Shown in pieces: positions 1 to 9,459 of a stretch of DNA of 37,413 nucleotides (its first letter is position 1; every line of letters starts with the position of its first letter). The position numbers and the translations under genes were made by a program. The DNA is from Chthoniobacterales bacterium. GTDB taxonomy: Bacteria > Verrucomicrobiota > Verrucomicrobiia > Chthoniobacterales > UBA6821. Location: positions 1-37,413 of the forward strand of contig JBIRBD010000003.1 of assembly GCA_044326465.1 (NCBI GenBank), given 5' to 3'. The notes under the pieces are model-generated. The model saw only the letters and a program-made list of their open reading frames with translations. It did not search any database and was not told where the DNA came from.

Positions 1-339
1 AAAGATGGTTTTTTACGCTATGATATTATTGAAGAATTCAGAAAACATCTAAAACCACCAACCCAATCAAAAGTTATGACTATTGCTGAAGCATTTGTTG
101 AAGAAGGTCGTCAAGAAGGTCGTCAAGAAGGTCGTCAAGAAGGCCGTCAAGAAGGTCGTCAAGAAGAACGTCAAACATTCCGGTTTTTACTGATTAAACA
201 GCTAGATCTTCGCTTTCCTCATAAGGTTACCCAAGAACATCTTCATGCGATAGAGGATGCCGGTGCTGATAAGCTCTCTTATTGGATTGAAAAATTGATG
301 ACATCAACAACTATTGAAGAAGTCTTTAGTTGTTTTTAG
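1..339 (+). CDS. C-terminal part of Rpn/YhgA-like (PD-(D/E)XK nuclease/putative transposase) protein, truncated by window edge
   Basis: Frame is open from base 1 (KDGFLRYDIIEEFRKHLKPPTQSKV) into MTIAEAFVEEGRQEGRQEG...LLIKQLDLRF...LSYWIEKLMTSTTIEEVF, the typical Rpn C-terminal tail (MTIAE + EGxxEG repeats + DUF4351-like end). Confidence 0.8.
   Translation, partial: KDGFLRYDIIEEFRKHLKPPTQSKVMTIAEAFVEEGRQEGRQEGRQEGRQEGRQEERQTFRFLLIKQLDLRFPHKVTQEHLHAIEDAGADKLSYWIEKLMTSTTIEEVFSCF
103..174 (+). repeat. 12-bp coding tandem repeat GAAGGTCGTCAA x6 (EGRQ)
   Basis: Four perfect copies, one GAAGGCCGTCAA and a final GAAGAACGTCAA. Confidence 0.95.
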
Positions 340-372
340 GTTTATATACCATTCGCGTCGATGCTGCTAGCG

Positions 373-1248
373 TCACGATGTCTCTTTATTCAACTGTGCA
401 GCAAGGCGCCGCATAGCACGAGTAACAGAATAATCCTCTATCATTTTGAGGGCATCGGTGATTGGCAACAAGCGACGAAGGCGAAGGTTTTCTTCTGGCC
501 AGCTGCTGAGGAGTTTTGAAATTTTCATCGTATAGAGTTGCAAAAAACGGCCGTCGTTCATTTTACAACGGATACGAATATCGTGGCGCAAGGTTCCTAT
601 GATACCTGCTTCTTCGACTGCTTCCATGACCGCTACTTCGTGTGGTGTCATGTCAGGTTCTTGGCGACCTTTGGGAAGAATCCAACGATTGCCAGAAGAG
701 CTGGTCACTAAGAGAACATGCAGTTTACGATCTTTAAACATATAAGGGAAAATTCCAATCTGGCAAAGTCCATTCTCCTCAGGAGCCCCATGCAGAGCCA
801 TCTCTGCGGTGGTGTATTCTTGGCGATGTGTTATCTCTTCACCCAGGAAAAACGGTTTTTCAAAAGCTTTGCTCTCGGTGAGATTGTTAAAAAAAACTTC
901 TGCAATTTGTAAGGGAGCATGTTCGCCCAAAAAACGATCGATCTTCCATTGTATATTTTTCATTAAAAAGTAAGAACGCTTGCGATGAATCCGTTCTCCT
1001 TGAGTGAAGGGCCAAAGCGCTTCAAATTTTGTTTTCGTGATCGGTACCTCTTTTGAAATAATGGAGGCTCCTTTTTTTTCACGAAGCAGGATAAAATGTT
1101 TTTTATCCCTGCGCCGCAATCGCAGGTCACGTAATGGATGGCGCACGATATAGCCTTGCTCAATGTCCATTTCTTTAACAGAAGCAACCTCTGGTGGATT
1201 CTCAAGCAATAAGAATTTTCGTCGAATTAGGAGAGCTTTAGGTTTCAC
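373..1248 (-). CDS. CYTH-like domain fused to NUDIX hydrolase
   Basis: N-half: IRRKFLL, IEQGY, RLRRR, WKIDRF, IAEV, FLGEEIT (CYTH pattern). C-half: VLLVTS..RWILPKG..EAVEEAG, WPEENLRLRR (DIPP-like NUDIX). Start uncertain (GTG 1248 or 1269). Confidence 0.8.
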   Translation of the reverse strand: MKPKALLIRRKFLLLENPPEVASVKEMDIEQGYIVRHPLRDLRLRRRDKKHFILLREKKGASIISKEVPITKTKFEALWPFTQGERIHRKRSYFLMKNIQWKIDRFLGEHAPLQIAEVFFNNLTESKAFEKPFFLGEEITHRQEYTTAEMALHGAPEENGLCQIGIFPYMFKDRKLHVLLVTSSSGNRWILPKGRQEPDMTPHEVAVMEAVEEAGIIGTLRHDIRIRCKMNDGRFLQLYTMKISKLLSSWPEENLRLRRLLPITDALKMIEDYSVTRAMRRLAAQLNKETS

Positions 1249-1341
1249 GAAGCTAGTTAGTAGACACAAATTTTCAAAAAGTAAAAATTCTTTATGTTCT
1301 TTGTGTTACTTTGTGGTTATTGTATCGGACTTAAATTTCAT

Positions 1342-1414
1342 GGTGGCCGTAGCTCAATGGTAGAGCTCCAGGTTGTGGTCCTGGCTGTTGCGGGTTCGAG
1401 TCCCGTCGGTCACC
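1342..1414 (+). tRNA. tRNA-His (GUG)
   Basis: G-1 plus acceptor GTGGCCG/CGGTCAC, D-arm TAGCTCAATGGTAGAGC, anticodon arm CCAGG-TTGTGGT-CCTGG, T-arm GCGGG-TTCGAGT-CCCGT, discriminator C. CCA is not fully encoded. Confidence 0.97.
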
Positions 1415-1420
1415 CGTTTT

Positions 1421-1571
1421 AATGGGTGAATGGACTATGGGTATTGGCTTATGGGAAGAAACGTGCTGACTATCAGAATTTCGTAATTCGATTTTGTTTG
1501 TTGCAAGACTTGCCAAACTTTTATAATCCGCTCTTTTTCCCCCACCAATAGTCCATGGCCCATAGTCCAGT
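1421..1571. repeat. Inverted heptamer-repeat arms between tRNA-His and fumC
   Basis: Left TGGACTATGGGTATTGGCTTATGGG; right CCAATAGTCCATGGCCCATAGTCCA (TGGACTATGGG/CCCATAGTCCA is a perfect 11-bp IR). Confidence 0.8.
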
Positions 1572-1603
1572 TTACGATGTTCTCTCATTCACCCGAGCCT
1601 TTT

Positions 1604-3019
1604 ATGGAAAATAAAGTTTGCGATACAAATTCTATGTTTAGAGTGGAAACAGACAGCATGGGTGCCATCGAGGTTCCGCATGATCGTTATTATGGAGCTC
1701 AGACGGCCCGCTCATTAATTCATTTTAATATTGGTGATGATGTGAAGCCTGCTGAGTTGATCAAGGCTCTTGGACAGCTAAAGAAAGCATGTGCTTTGAC
1801 CAATAGCGACCTTGGAAAGTTGAGTGAGGAAAAAACAAAACTTATTGCGCAAGCTGCCGACGAAGTGATCGCTGGAAAATTAAATGATCATTTTCCCTTG
1901 AGCATTTGGCAAACGGGAAGCGGCACGCAGAGCAACATGAATGCGAACGAAGTGATTTCGAATCGCGCTATTGAATTAGCTGGCGGCGTGCTTGGATCCA
2001 AAAATCCGATTCATCCTAACGATGATGTGAATAAATCACAATCGTCGAATGATACTTTTCCAACAGCGATGAATGTCGCTGCAGTAACCGTCCTCCAAGA
2101 ACATCTGCTACCAAGCGTAAAAAAGCTTCGCGACGCATTGCAAAAGAAGGCGGAAGAATTTTCTAACATAATAAAAATCGGACGCACTCATTTGCAAGAT
2201 GCTACACCACTCACGCTCGGCCAGGAATTTTCTGGCTATGGTGCCATGTTAGAGGCAGACCTTATCCGTCTCAAAGAGGCTTGCTCTGGTCTTCTGCCGC
2301 TCGCTATTGGTGGCACAGCGGTTGGTACAGGTCTCAACACACATTCGGAATTTGGTCTGCGCGTGGCTGCTTATTTGAAGGAATTTACCGGTTATGATTT
2401 TATTTCTGCGCCGAATAAATTTGCAGCGTTAGCAGGACATGGAGAATTTGTCGGTGCAAGTGGCGCCTTGAAATCGCTTGCAGCGTCGCTGATGAAAATT
2501 GCGAACGATCTTCGCTGGTTAGCCTCTGGACCACGATGTGGCTTAGGAGAATTGACACTTCCAGAAAATGAACCCGGCTCTTCGATCATGCCTGGAAAGG
2601 TTAATCCAACACAGTGCGAAGCGATCACCATGGTGGCTGTGCAGGTGATGGGCAATGACACAGCTATTGGTTTTGCAGCCTCTTTAGGAAACTTTGAGCT
2701 CAATGTTTTTAAGCCCGTGATCATTCACAATTTTCTTCACTCGGTGCGCTTGCTTAGTGATGCATGTAATTCCTTTACAGATCATTGCGTTGTTGGTATC
2801 GAAGCCAATTGCGAGAAGATTGCCAGCTACGTAGAAAACTCTCTTATGCTTGTCACCGCACTCAATCCTCATATCGGTTATGATAAGGCTGCGCAAATAG
2901 CAAAAAAAGCACATCACGAAAAGAGCACTCTTAAAGAAGCGGCTTTGGCACTCGGTTTTCTTACGAGTGAACAATTTGATAAGTGGGTCGTAGCCTCAGA
3001 GATGACCCATCCTTCGTGA
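1604..3019 (+). CDS. fumC: Class II fumarate hydratase
   Basis: [38 protein letters not shown], signature [15 protein letters not shown]. Start 1577, 1604 or 1634. Confidence 0.97.
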   Translation: MENKVCDTNSMFRVETDSMGAIEVPHDRYYGAQTARSLIHFNIGDDVKPAELIKALGQLKKACALTNSDLGKLSEEKTKLIAQAADEVIAGKLNDHFPLSIWQTGSGTQSNMNANEVISNRAIELAGGVLGSKNPIHPNDDVNKSQSSNDTFPTAMNVAAVTVLQEHLLPSVKKLRDALQKKAEEFSNIIKIGRTHLQDATPLTLGQEFSGYGAMLEADLIRLKEACSGLLPLAIGGTAVGTGLNTHSEFGLRVAAYLKEFTGYDFISAPNKFAALAGHGEFVGASGALKSLAASLMKIANDLRWLASGPRCGLGELTLPENEPGSSIMPGKVNPTQCEAITMVAVQVMGNDTAIGFAASLGNFELNVFKPVIIHNFLHSVRLLSDACNSFTDHCVVGIEANCEKIASYVENSLMLVTALNPHIGYDKAAQIAKKAHHEKSTLKEAALALGFLTSEQFDKWVVASEMTHPS

Positions 3020-3237
3020 TCTACTGCTTCGTAGCAGATTAAGAGGAATGCCTCATCTATTAGGTAGTTTAAGTAGAGCGTGTTCGACGAAGGTCAAAAT
3101 TTAAAAGAATATTTTTTCTGAGGCTGGAAGCTACAATTTATGCGGTAAAGTAACGAGTTGCGAGTAGCGGGTGGCGAGTATTTTTTATCCAAGCTCAACT
3201 TATAACATAGTAAATTCATTAAAACTCGTTTATAGTC

Positions 3238-3447
3238 ATGGTCATGAACAAAGAAATGCAAGAAATCAAAGATCCAGAAACGGAGGCACTCGAACTAGAA
3301 GATATTCTTCGCGAGGTTGGAAAGTCCATTGGAGAAGCAAACGAACGTTCGAGCAAAACAGGAATTTCTTTTGCTGAGTTTAAGAAAAATTTTATTAAAA
3401 AAATGGCTGTCTCCCATGAGCTTCGCTACCTTACAAAAGCTCATTAA
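3238..3447 (+). CDS. Small hypothetical protein, candidate antitoxin/partner of the downstream zeta-like ATPase
   Basis: 69-aa ORF with acidic N-half overlapping the start of the next gene; positional inference only. Confidence 0.45.
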   Translation: MVMNKEMQEIKDPETEALELEDILREVGKSIGEANERSSKTGISFAEFKKNFIKKMAVSHELRYLTKAH

Positions 3448-4075
3448 ACCGAGTCTCGTCGTTATAGCGGGACCGAATGGTTCCGGAAAAACAGCAATTA
3501 CGAAAATTATTCACGAAAATTGTTCATGGATAAATGGATTGATTGAAGTAAATCCGGACAATATCGCTCAACAAGAATTCGGTGGTTGGAATGATCTCGC
3601 TTCGATTAAAAAAGCGGCTCGGCGTGCCGATGAAATTCGTGAGCAATGTCTAGTGGATCGGCAAAGTTTGCTTTTTGAGACAGTTCTTTCCATTCCTGAA
3701 AAAGTCGACTATATCCGTCGAGCCAAGATGGCAGGCTATTTTGTACGTCTCATTTACGTTGCAACGGAAAATCCTGAAATCAATATGTTGAGAGTTTCAT
3801 GGCGCGTCAATCAAGGAGGTCATACTGTTCCCATCGATAAAATTCGTAGTCGCTATGAACGCTCTCTTAAGATGGTAATTGAAGTAGCACACATTGTTGA
3901 TCGAGCTTATTTTGTCGATAACTCGAAAGATTGTGAAGATGCAACAGACATGGTGAATCCTTTACCTATTTTTCGAATGGTCGATGGCGTCGTTGCCAAA
4001 AAATATTTAAAAGAAGAAGATTTTCCGGAGTGGACGAAAAAAATCCACGATGCCTTGACTCGACGTAACGCTTAG
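3416..4075 (+). CDS. Zeta-toxin family / predicted ABC-type P-loop ATPase
   Basis: VVIAGPNGSGKT, VNPD.IA, FETVLS, RV.WRV.QGGH.VP.DKI.SRY.RSL, VDNS. Likely start is ATG 3416, not 3317. Confidence 0.88.
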   Translation: MSFATLQKLIKPSLVVIAGPNGSGKTAITKIIHENCSWINGLIEVNPDNIAQQEFGGWNDLASIKKAARRADEIREQCLVDRQSLLFETVLSIPEKVDYIRRAKMAGYFVRLIYVATENPEINMLRVSWRVNQGGHTVPIDKIRSRYERSLKMVIEVAHIVDRAYFVDNSKDCEDATDMVNPLPIFRMVDGVVAKKYLKEEDFPEWTKKIHDALTRRNA

Positions 4076-4094
4076 CTATCGCTAAATTTCCTCC

Positions 4095-4877
4095 ATGGAA
4101 CAAGAACGTATGGCCCTCTTGGGCTCGACATTTTTTTATTTTTTTAGCTGCTGCTGGCTGTTCTTTATTTTTAAAACAAAAAATTTTCGTCCAGGGCGGT
4201 TTCAGTTTGCAGCGATTCTTCTAGGGGTGGTTTTCCAAAGTTGGTTTTTGATGTTGCGTGGAGCATTAGAGCGTTCCTGTCCTATTGGTACACTTTCAGA
4301 AACACTGATTTTTCTTAGCTGGGCGATTGGGTTGTTTTACCTCGTTATTGGGCCGACCTATCGGATTTCGCTCATGGGAACATTCACAGCCCCTTTTATT
4401 TTGGGACTCCAATGTGCGGCACTTCTTTTACCCAATGCAGCCCGCATGCCGATAATTACTCCTAGTCCCTTTGTAGAGGCTCATGCCGCACTCTCGTTGA
4501 TTGCCTTTGGTGCTTTTGGTCTCGCCTGCGTGAGTGCGATGATGTTCCTCGTGCAAGAGCGACAATTAAAATCACAGCATCCCTCGTTGATTTTTCGTCA
4601 GTTGCCGCCGATTAATTTATTAGAAAAAGTAACAGCACGATTGTTGTGGCTTGGTTGGGTCTTGTTGACGATTAGTTTTGCCGCAGGATTCTTGGCGAAG
4701 CTTCCTGTTTCAGGAACGAGAATTGTGATAGCTTTTATTTTCTGGGGAGCAATTGTAACGCTTCTTTTGGCCCGTCAAGCACATCACCTTTCAGTACGAC
4801 GTTTTGCGGCTCTTGCTGGGTTTGTGTTTCTTTTTTCCATCATCATACTTTTTGGAATTCATTTTTTATCGCAATGA
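4095..4877 (+). CDS. Cytochrome c assembly (CcsA/HemX-like) membrane protein
   Basis: Multi-TM protein with HAALSLIAFGAF, QERQLK, LPPINLLE motifs, directly upstream of hemA. Confidence 0.8.
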   Translation: MEQERMALLGSTFFYFFSCCWLFFIFKTKNFRPGRFQFAAILLGVVFQSWFLMLRGALERSCPIGTLSETLIFLSWAIGLFYLVIGPTYRISLMGTFTAPFILGLQCAALLLPNAARMPIITPSPFVEAHAALSLIAFGAFGLACVSAMMFLVQERQLKSQHPSLIFRQLPPINLLEKVTARLLWLGWVLLTISFAAGFLAKLPVSGTRIVIAFIFWGAIVTLLLARQAHHLSVRRFAALAGFVFLFSIIILFGIHFLSQ

Positions 4878-5902
4878 ATATTTTTTGTGCAGGGCTCAAT
4901 CATCGAACTGCTGATCTCGACGTGCGAGAGCATTTTGCTCTGCGCGATGGAGAAATGGAAATGGTACTCGAACAGCTGCGACAGATTGAGGGAGTCTCAG
5001 GTGCTGTCATGCTTTCCACCTGTAATCGTGTCGAACTCTACGCTTCGAGTCTTTGTCCCTTGCGTACGCTAACTGGGTTTCATCAACTCTTGGAAGAACG
5101 CTCTGGTATTCGTGCGCCACTTTATCATTATGAAACTCCCCGCGCCGTTCGACATCTTTTTCGTGTGGCAAGTGGGCTTGATTCGATGGTGCTCGGTGAG
5201 ACAGAAATTTTTGGCCAAGTCAAAAAAGCCTACGCCATGGCCTCAGAGCTTCGTTCTACAACGCGACCGTTGCACCGACTTTTTCAACATGCCTTTCGTG
5301 TAGCAAAATCAGTACGTACAGAAACACAAATTACACGCGGTGCTGTTTCCGTTGGCTCGGTTGCTGTGACGTTAGCAGAAAAAATTTTTGGTCAGCTTGA
5401 TGACTGTCGGGTCATGATTCTCGGTGCAGGAGAGATTAGTGAACGGACAGCACGTAGCATGAAATCACGTGGTGTACGCAGTGTTATCGTTTCCAATCGT
5501 ACGTACAATCGAGCGGTAGAGTTGGCTGCAGAAATTGGAGGCATGGCATTGCATTTTGATCATTGGGAAAATACTTTTGCCGACGTGGATATTGTTATTA
5601 CTTCCACAAATGCACCTCATGTCATTTTGACCGTAGAAAAATTAAAGCCGCTCTTGAAAAAGCGCCAAGGACGTCCCCTCTTTGTCATTGATTTGGCGGT
5701 CCCTCGCGATGTCGATCCAGAGATCAATAAACTAGAAGGAGTTTTTCTTTACGACATGGATAGCCTACAACAAGTGGCAGCGCAGTCACTAGATATTCGC
5801 CGCCAAGAAGTTGTTCGCTGCGAATCGCTGATAGAAGGCCATGTTGGGGGTTTTTTGAGTTGGATGAGGAGCGTGCATGGAGCAGGCTCTTGGGAAAAGT
5901 AG
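4874..5902 (+). CDS. hemA: Glutamyl-tRNA reductase (short form)
   Basis: GLNHRTA, LSTCNRVE, SGLDSMVLGETEI, ILGAGE, IDLAVPRDVD. Confidence 0.96.
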   Translation: MNIFCAGLNHRTADLDVREHFALRDGEMEMVLEQLRQIEGVSGAVMLSTCNRVELYASSLCPLRTLTGFHQLLEERSGIRAPLYHYETPRAVRHLFRVASGLDSMVLGETEIFGQVKKAYAMASELRSTTRPLHRLFQHAFRVAKSVRTETQITRGAVSVGSVAVTLAEKIFGQLDDCRVMILGAGEISERTARSMKSRGVRSVIVSNRTYNRAVELAAEIGGMALHFDHWENTFADVDIVITSTNAPHVILTVEKLKPLLKKRQGRPLFVIDLAVPRDVDPEINKLEGVFLYDMDSLQQVAAQSLDIRRQEVVRCESLIEGHVGGFLSWMRSVHGAGSWEK

Positions 5903-5938
5903 AAAATTCACCACAAAGAACAGAAAGAACAATTTTAA

Positions 5939-6880
5939 ATGAAAAAAATAATTCTTGGAACACGTGGTAGTGCGCTCGCACGCGCACAGACAACTTTGGT
6001 TAGAGAGATCCTTCTTGCAGCTTATCCAGGGCTATGTGTAGAAGAAAAAATTATTGCCACAACGGTGGATAGTGATCTGACCATCGCAATTAATCAGTCA
6101 GGAGTTGGAGGAGTTGGAGTTTTTACACGGCAGCTTGAGGAGGCCTTGCTTGCGAGAGAAATTGATGTTGCCGTGCATAGTTTAAAAGATCTTCCAATTC
6201 AGATGCCACCAGGCTTAGAGCTTGCCGCCATTTTGCCACGAGCTACGACGAGTGATCTATTAATCAGTCTCGAGGAGAATGGTCTCGATGGCTTGTCATC
6301 CGGAGCTCTTATTGGAACGAGCGCTCCACGACGCGTGGAGCTGCTGCGCAAGCGACGTTCTGATCTAAAATTTACGGCATTGCGCGGCAATGTGCCAACG
6401 CGGTTGCGCAAACTTGCAATGAATCAACAAGAACATCCGCTCGATGCTATTGTCCTGGCACGCGCAGGGCTGGAGCGGCTTGGCTATGATTTAAAGATGG
6501 AGCATAACTCTGGAGTGTTGATTGTTGATGGAACAAAACTCTACGCTCACGAAATGTCATGGATGCTACCGGCCCCAGGACAAGGTGCCATTGCTGTGGA
6601 AGTCTGTTCAGAAAAAAAAGCATCAGTGTTTTGGAATGCCCTTCATGACGAAAAAACGGCACGTTGTGTGCAGGCGGAACGTCTCCTTTTGCATTATCTC
6701 GGAGGAGGATGTCACATGGCGCTTGGTGCATTAGCAACTATTGATGATGCCTCACAAAAGCTTCATTTAAGAGGAGTCTACGTCGATGGCTCGTTACGAG
6801 AGGGTGAGGCTATGGGATCAACTCCTGAAGAAGCGGCGCTGCTTGTTGCGACGCAGCTTGGGAGAAAAATTACAAAATAA
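5939..6880 (+). CDS. hemC: Hydroxymethylbilane synthase (porphobilinogen deaminase)
   Basis: GTRGSALA, AVHSLKDLP, RGNVPTRL, PAPGQGA, LGGGCH. Confidence 0.96.
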   Translation: MKKIILGTRGSALARAQTTLVREILLAAYPGLCVEEKIIATTVDSDLTIAINQSGVGGVGVFTRQLEEALLAREIDVAVHSLKDLPIQMPPGLELAAILPRATTSDLLISLEENGLDGLSSGALIGTSAPRRVELLRKRRSDLKFTALRGNVPTRLRKLAMNQQEHPLDAIVLARAGLERLGYDLKMEHNSGVLIVDGTKLYAHEMSWMLPAPGQGAIAVEVCSEKKASVFWNALHDEKTARCVQAERLLLHYLGGGCHMALGALATIDDASQKLHLRGVYVDGSLREGEAMGSTPEEAALLVATQLGRKITK

Positions 6881-6884
6881 AATT

Positions 6885-8432
6885 ATGAAAAAAAATTCTT
6901 CCACAAATAAAAAGGGTATCTGCCACTTGGTCGGCGCCGGTCCTGGCGATCCAGGTCTTATAACGCTTCGTGGCCTTCAGTGTCTCGAGCAGGCAGATGT
7001 CGTCATTTACGATTATCTTTGTAATAGAGAGCTGCTTCGTCATGTTCCTGCGACCGCAGAAAAAATTTATGCCGGAAAAATTGCTGGGCAGCATGCGCTC
7101 AGGCAAGAAGAGACGAATGCGCTTTTGGTAGAAAAAACAAAAGCTGGGCATCGCGTCGTGCGTCTCAAAGGTGGCGATCCTTTTCTTTTTGGACGCGGCG
7201 GTGAAGAGGCTGAAGCGTTGGTAGCTGCAGGGTGTTGTTTTGAAATTGTGCCAGGAGTGAGTTCTGCTATTGGTGGGCTTGCCTATGCTGGTATTCCTGT
7301 AACGCATCGTTCGAGTAATTCTATGCTCACGATTTTTACCGGGCATGAAGAACCGGGTAAAATAGCCTCTGCCATTGATTACAAGGCCTTAGTAGCGACG
7401 CCTGGAACGAAAGTGATGTTAATGGGAGTTGAACGGCTTATTCCAATAACAGCTGCACTTGCAGCTGAAGGGATGGAAAAATCAACGCCAGTTGCGCTTG
7501 TGCGTTGGGCAACAACAGCACGCCAAGAGACATTGACGGGCACGTTGGAAACGATTGCTGTCTTAGCCGAAGAGAAAGACTTTAAAGCGCCTGCATTAGC
7601 TGTTTTTGGAGACGTTGTCCATTTACGCGAAAAATTAAATTGGTTTGAAACGAAGCCTCTTTTTGGTCGTCGTATCGCTGTCACACGCACACGCGCACAG
7701 GCAAGCGGCCTCGTCTCTGCGTTGCGCGAGTTAGGGGCCGATGCGTATGAATTACCAACGATTCGTATCGAGCCGTTAACTGAAAAAACGGAGCAACTGA
7801 CTTTTGTCGAAGCCGTCAATGATGCTCATCATTACGATTGGATTATTTTTACGAGTCCCAATGGGGTAACCGCTTTCTTTGAGGCATTCTATCAGCTTCG
7901 TAAGGATGCTCGTGAATTAGGGAATGTTCGCATTGCGGCCATCGGAGCAGGAACAGCACGTAAAATTGAAGAATATCATTTTGGGGTCGACTTAATTCCA
8001 CCTGAGTTTGTGGCGGAGTCACTCATTGAAGAATTTAAAAAAATCAGCATTGAAAACTTACGAATCCTTTTGCCGCGGGCTTCTGGAGCTCGTGATATTT
8101 TAGCCATTGAGTTAGAAAATCAAGGGGCGCTTGTTGACGATGTTCCTGTTTATCAAACCGTCGGCGAAACAGAAGATGTGGCCGGTGGTATCAAACGCTT
8201 TCGGGAAGAGGGGGCCGACATGATTACGTTTACGAGTGGATCGACAGCCACTCATTTTCAAGGGCTTGTTGAGACGTTAAAAATTCCACTCCCACGCGGA
8301 TTAGTGATGGTCAGCATCGGTCCCGTAACCTCTTCTGTGATGGAAGAACTTGGGATGGTTGTTGGCTTAGAAGCCCCACAGCATGATATTCCGGGGCTGG
8401 TCAAGGCGATTGGCGATTTTTATAAAAAATAA
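6885..8432 (+). CDS. cobA/hemD: Uroporphyrinogen-III C-methyltransferase / uroporphyrinogen-III synthase fusion
   Basis: LVGAGPGDPGLIT, RLKGGDPFLFGRGGEE; C-half IAVTR, IIFTSPNGV, ITFTSGST. Likely start ATG 6885. Confidence 0.94.
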   Translation: MKKNSSTNKKGICHLVGAGPGDPGLITLRGLQCLEQADVVIYDYLCNRELLRHVPATAEKIYAGKIAGQHALRQEETNALLVEKTKAGHRVVRLKGGDPFLFGRGGEEAEALVAAGCCFEIVPGVSSAIGGLAYAGIPVTHRSSNSMLTIFTGHEEPGKIASAIDYKALVATPGTKVMLMGVERLIPITAALAAEGMEKSTPVALVRWATTARQETLTGTLETIAVLAEEKDFKAPALAVFGDVVHLREKLNWFETKPLFGRRIAVTRTRAQASGLVSALRELGADAYELPTIRIEPLTEKTEQLTFVEAVNDAHHYDWIIFTSPNGVTAFFEAFYQLRKDARELGNVRIAAIGAGTARKIEEYHFGVDLIPPEFVAESLIEEFKKISIENLRILLPRASGARDILAIELENQGALVDDVPVYQTVGETEDVAGGIKRFREEGADMITFTSGSTATHFQGLVETLKIPLPRGLVMVSIGPVTSSVMEELGMVVGLEAPQHDIPGLVKAIGDFYKK

Positions 8433-8450
8433 AAAAAGGAAGCCTCTTCG

Positions 8451-8661
8451 TTCTTGCTCCTCTCCTTCTGGCGAAGAAGAGGAGCAAGAAGTTGTCGGTT
8501 GTTGGTTATTTTTGTTGGAAAGATTTATTTTTTAAAAATCCAATTTTATCAGCCTCTTAGGGCAATGCTTCTTTTTTAGCAGCTAAGAAAAAAGTTATTT
8601 CTTCACTATCAACCGAGAACCAATAACCATTGCTTATCTCCAGAAGGAGATGGGCAATTAC
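8451..8661. repeat. ~210-bp dispersed composite element, copy 1
   Basis: Same orientation and highly similar to 30464-30668; 8567-8632 is identical to 30574-30639 (66 bp); hairpin ends. Confidence 0.92.
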
Positions 8662-8676
8662 ACCTCTTCTATCACT

Positions 8677-9459
8677 GTGAATAGATTTTTTTTCCTCATC
8701 TCTCTTTTCCTGGCAACAGTGGGCAGAGCGGCGTCAGCCGAATGGCAGGTTGTAAAAAACAAAACGCTCGGCACATTGCCTGCTGCCGCGGTTATGAAAT
8801 CAATTGCGCTCAGCCAGGCTAGCCATGATGGCGTGCCAGAAGAAGTGCAACTTACTGTCGTGATTTTTTCTGAAAAAAATTATCGACTTGCGGTGATTGA
8901 TGTTCCAAAACGTGACCAATCATTGCAGCAGGTAATGTCAGGAAATGAATTCGTTGCAGGCATCAACGGTGGTTATTTTCATCCAGATAATAAGCCGCTC
9001 GGATTATTGATGCATGATGGCAAAGTGATCCATGCTCAAGAGAGAGCAAGACTTCTTAGCGGGTTTCTGGTTTCTAATGGACACGAGTTGGAGCTCTTGC
9101 GCGTTGCAGAAAAAATGCCGTCCGGTCCTCTCGATGTCCTGCAGGCTGGGCCGTTTCTTGTGGATCGCGGTGAATCTGTTGTTGGCCTTGAGGCTACAAA
9201 GGTCGCATGGCGCAGTTTTTTGGCCAGCGATGGTCATGGGGATTTTGCAATGGGAGTGATCTCACCAGTAACGCTTGCGGGTGCCTCAACGATTTTGCTC
9301 GCTGCTGCGCCAGATATTTTTTCCTCTGGCTCATTACAGCGTGCGCTTAATTTAGATGGTGGCTCTTCAACAGCTTTCTGGGCGGCGCTCCAGCCTGCTC
9401 CTTTTTTGTTACACGGATATGTTCAGGTCAGAAATTTTTTGGGCTTGCAGCTAAGATAA
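8677..9459 (+). CDS. Phosphodiester glycosidase (NAGPA/DUF2233) family secreted protein
   Basis: Signal-peptide-like N-terminus, INGGYF, QAGPFLV, ALNLDGGSS. ATG 8650 lies inside the repeat, so GTG 8677 is the likelier native start. Confidence 0.82.
   Translation: MNRFFFLISLFLATVGRAASAEWQVVKNKTLGTLPAAAVMKSIALSQASHDGVPEEVQLTVVIFSEKNYRLAVIDVPKRDQSLQQVMSGNEFVAGINGGYFHPDNKPLGLLMHDGKVIHAQERARLLSGFLVSNGHELELLRVAEKMPSGPLDVLQAGPFLVDRGESVVGLEATKVAWRSFLASDGHGDFAMGVISPVTLAGASTILLAAAPDIFSSGSLQRALNLDGGSSTAFWAALQPAPFLLHGYVQVRNFLGLQLR

Noticed and set aside
1331-1588. 85-aa ORF on - strand
   Set aside because: It is antisense to tRNA-His and runs through the heptamer arms.
3076-3090. TAGAGCGTGTTC and similar motifs near 11506 and 21697 resembling IS5-type ends
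   Set aside because: No partner inverted end or target duplication was found.
4874-5902. HemA lacking most of the C-terminal dimerisation region as a pseudogene
   Set aside because: Catalytic and NADPH motifs are intact, and short HemA forms are known in Chlamydiae.
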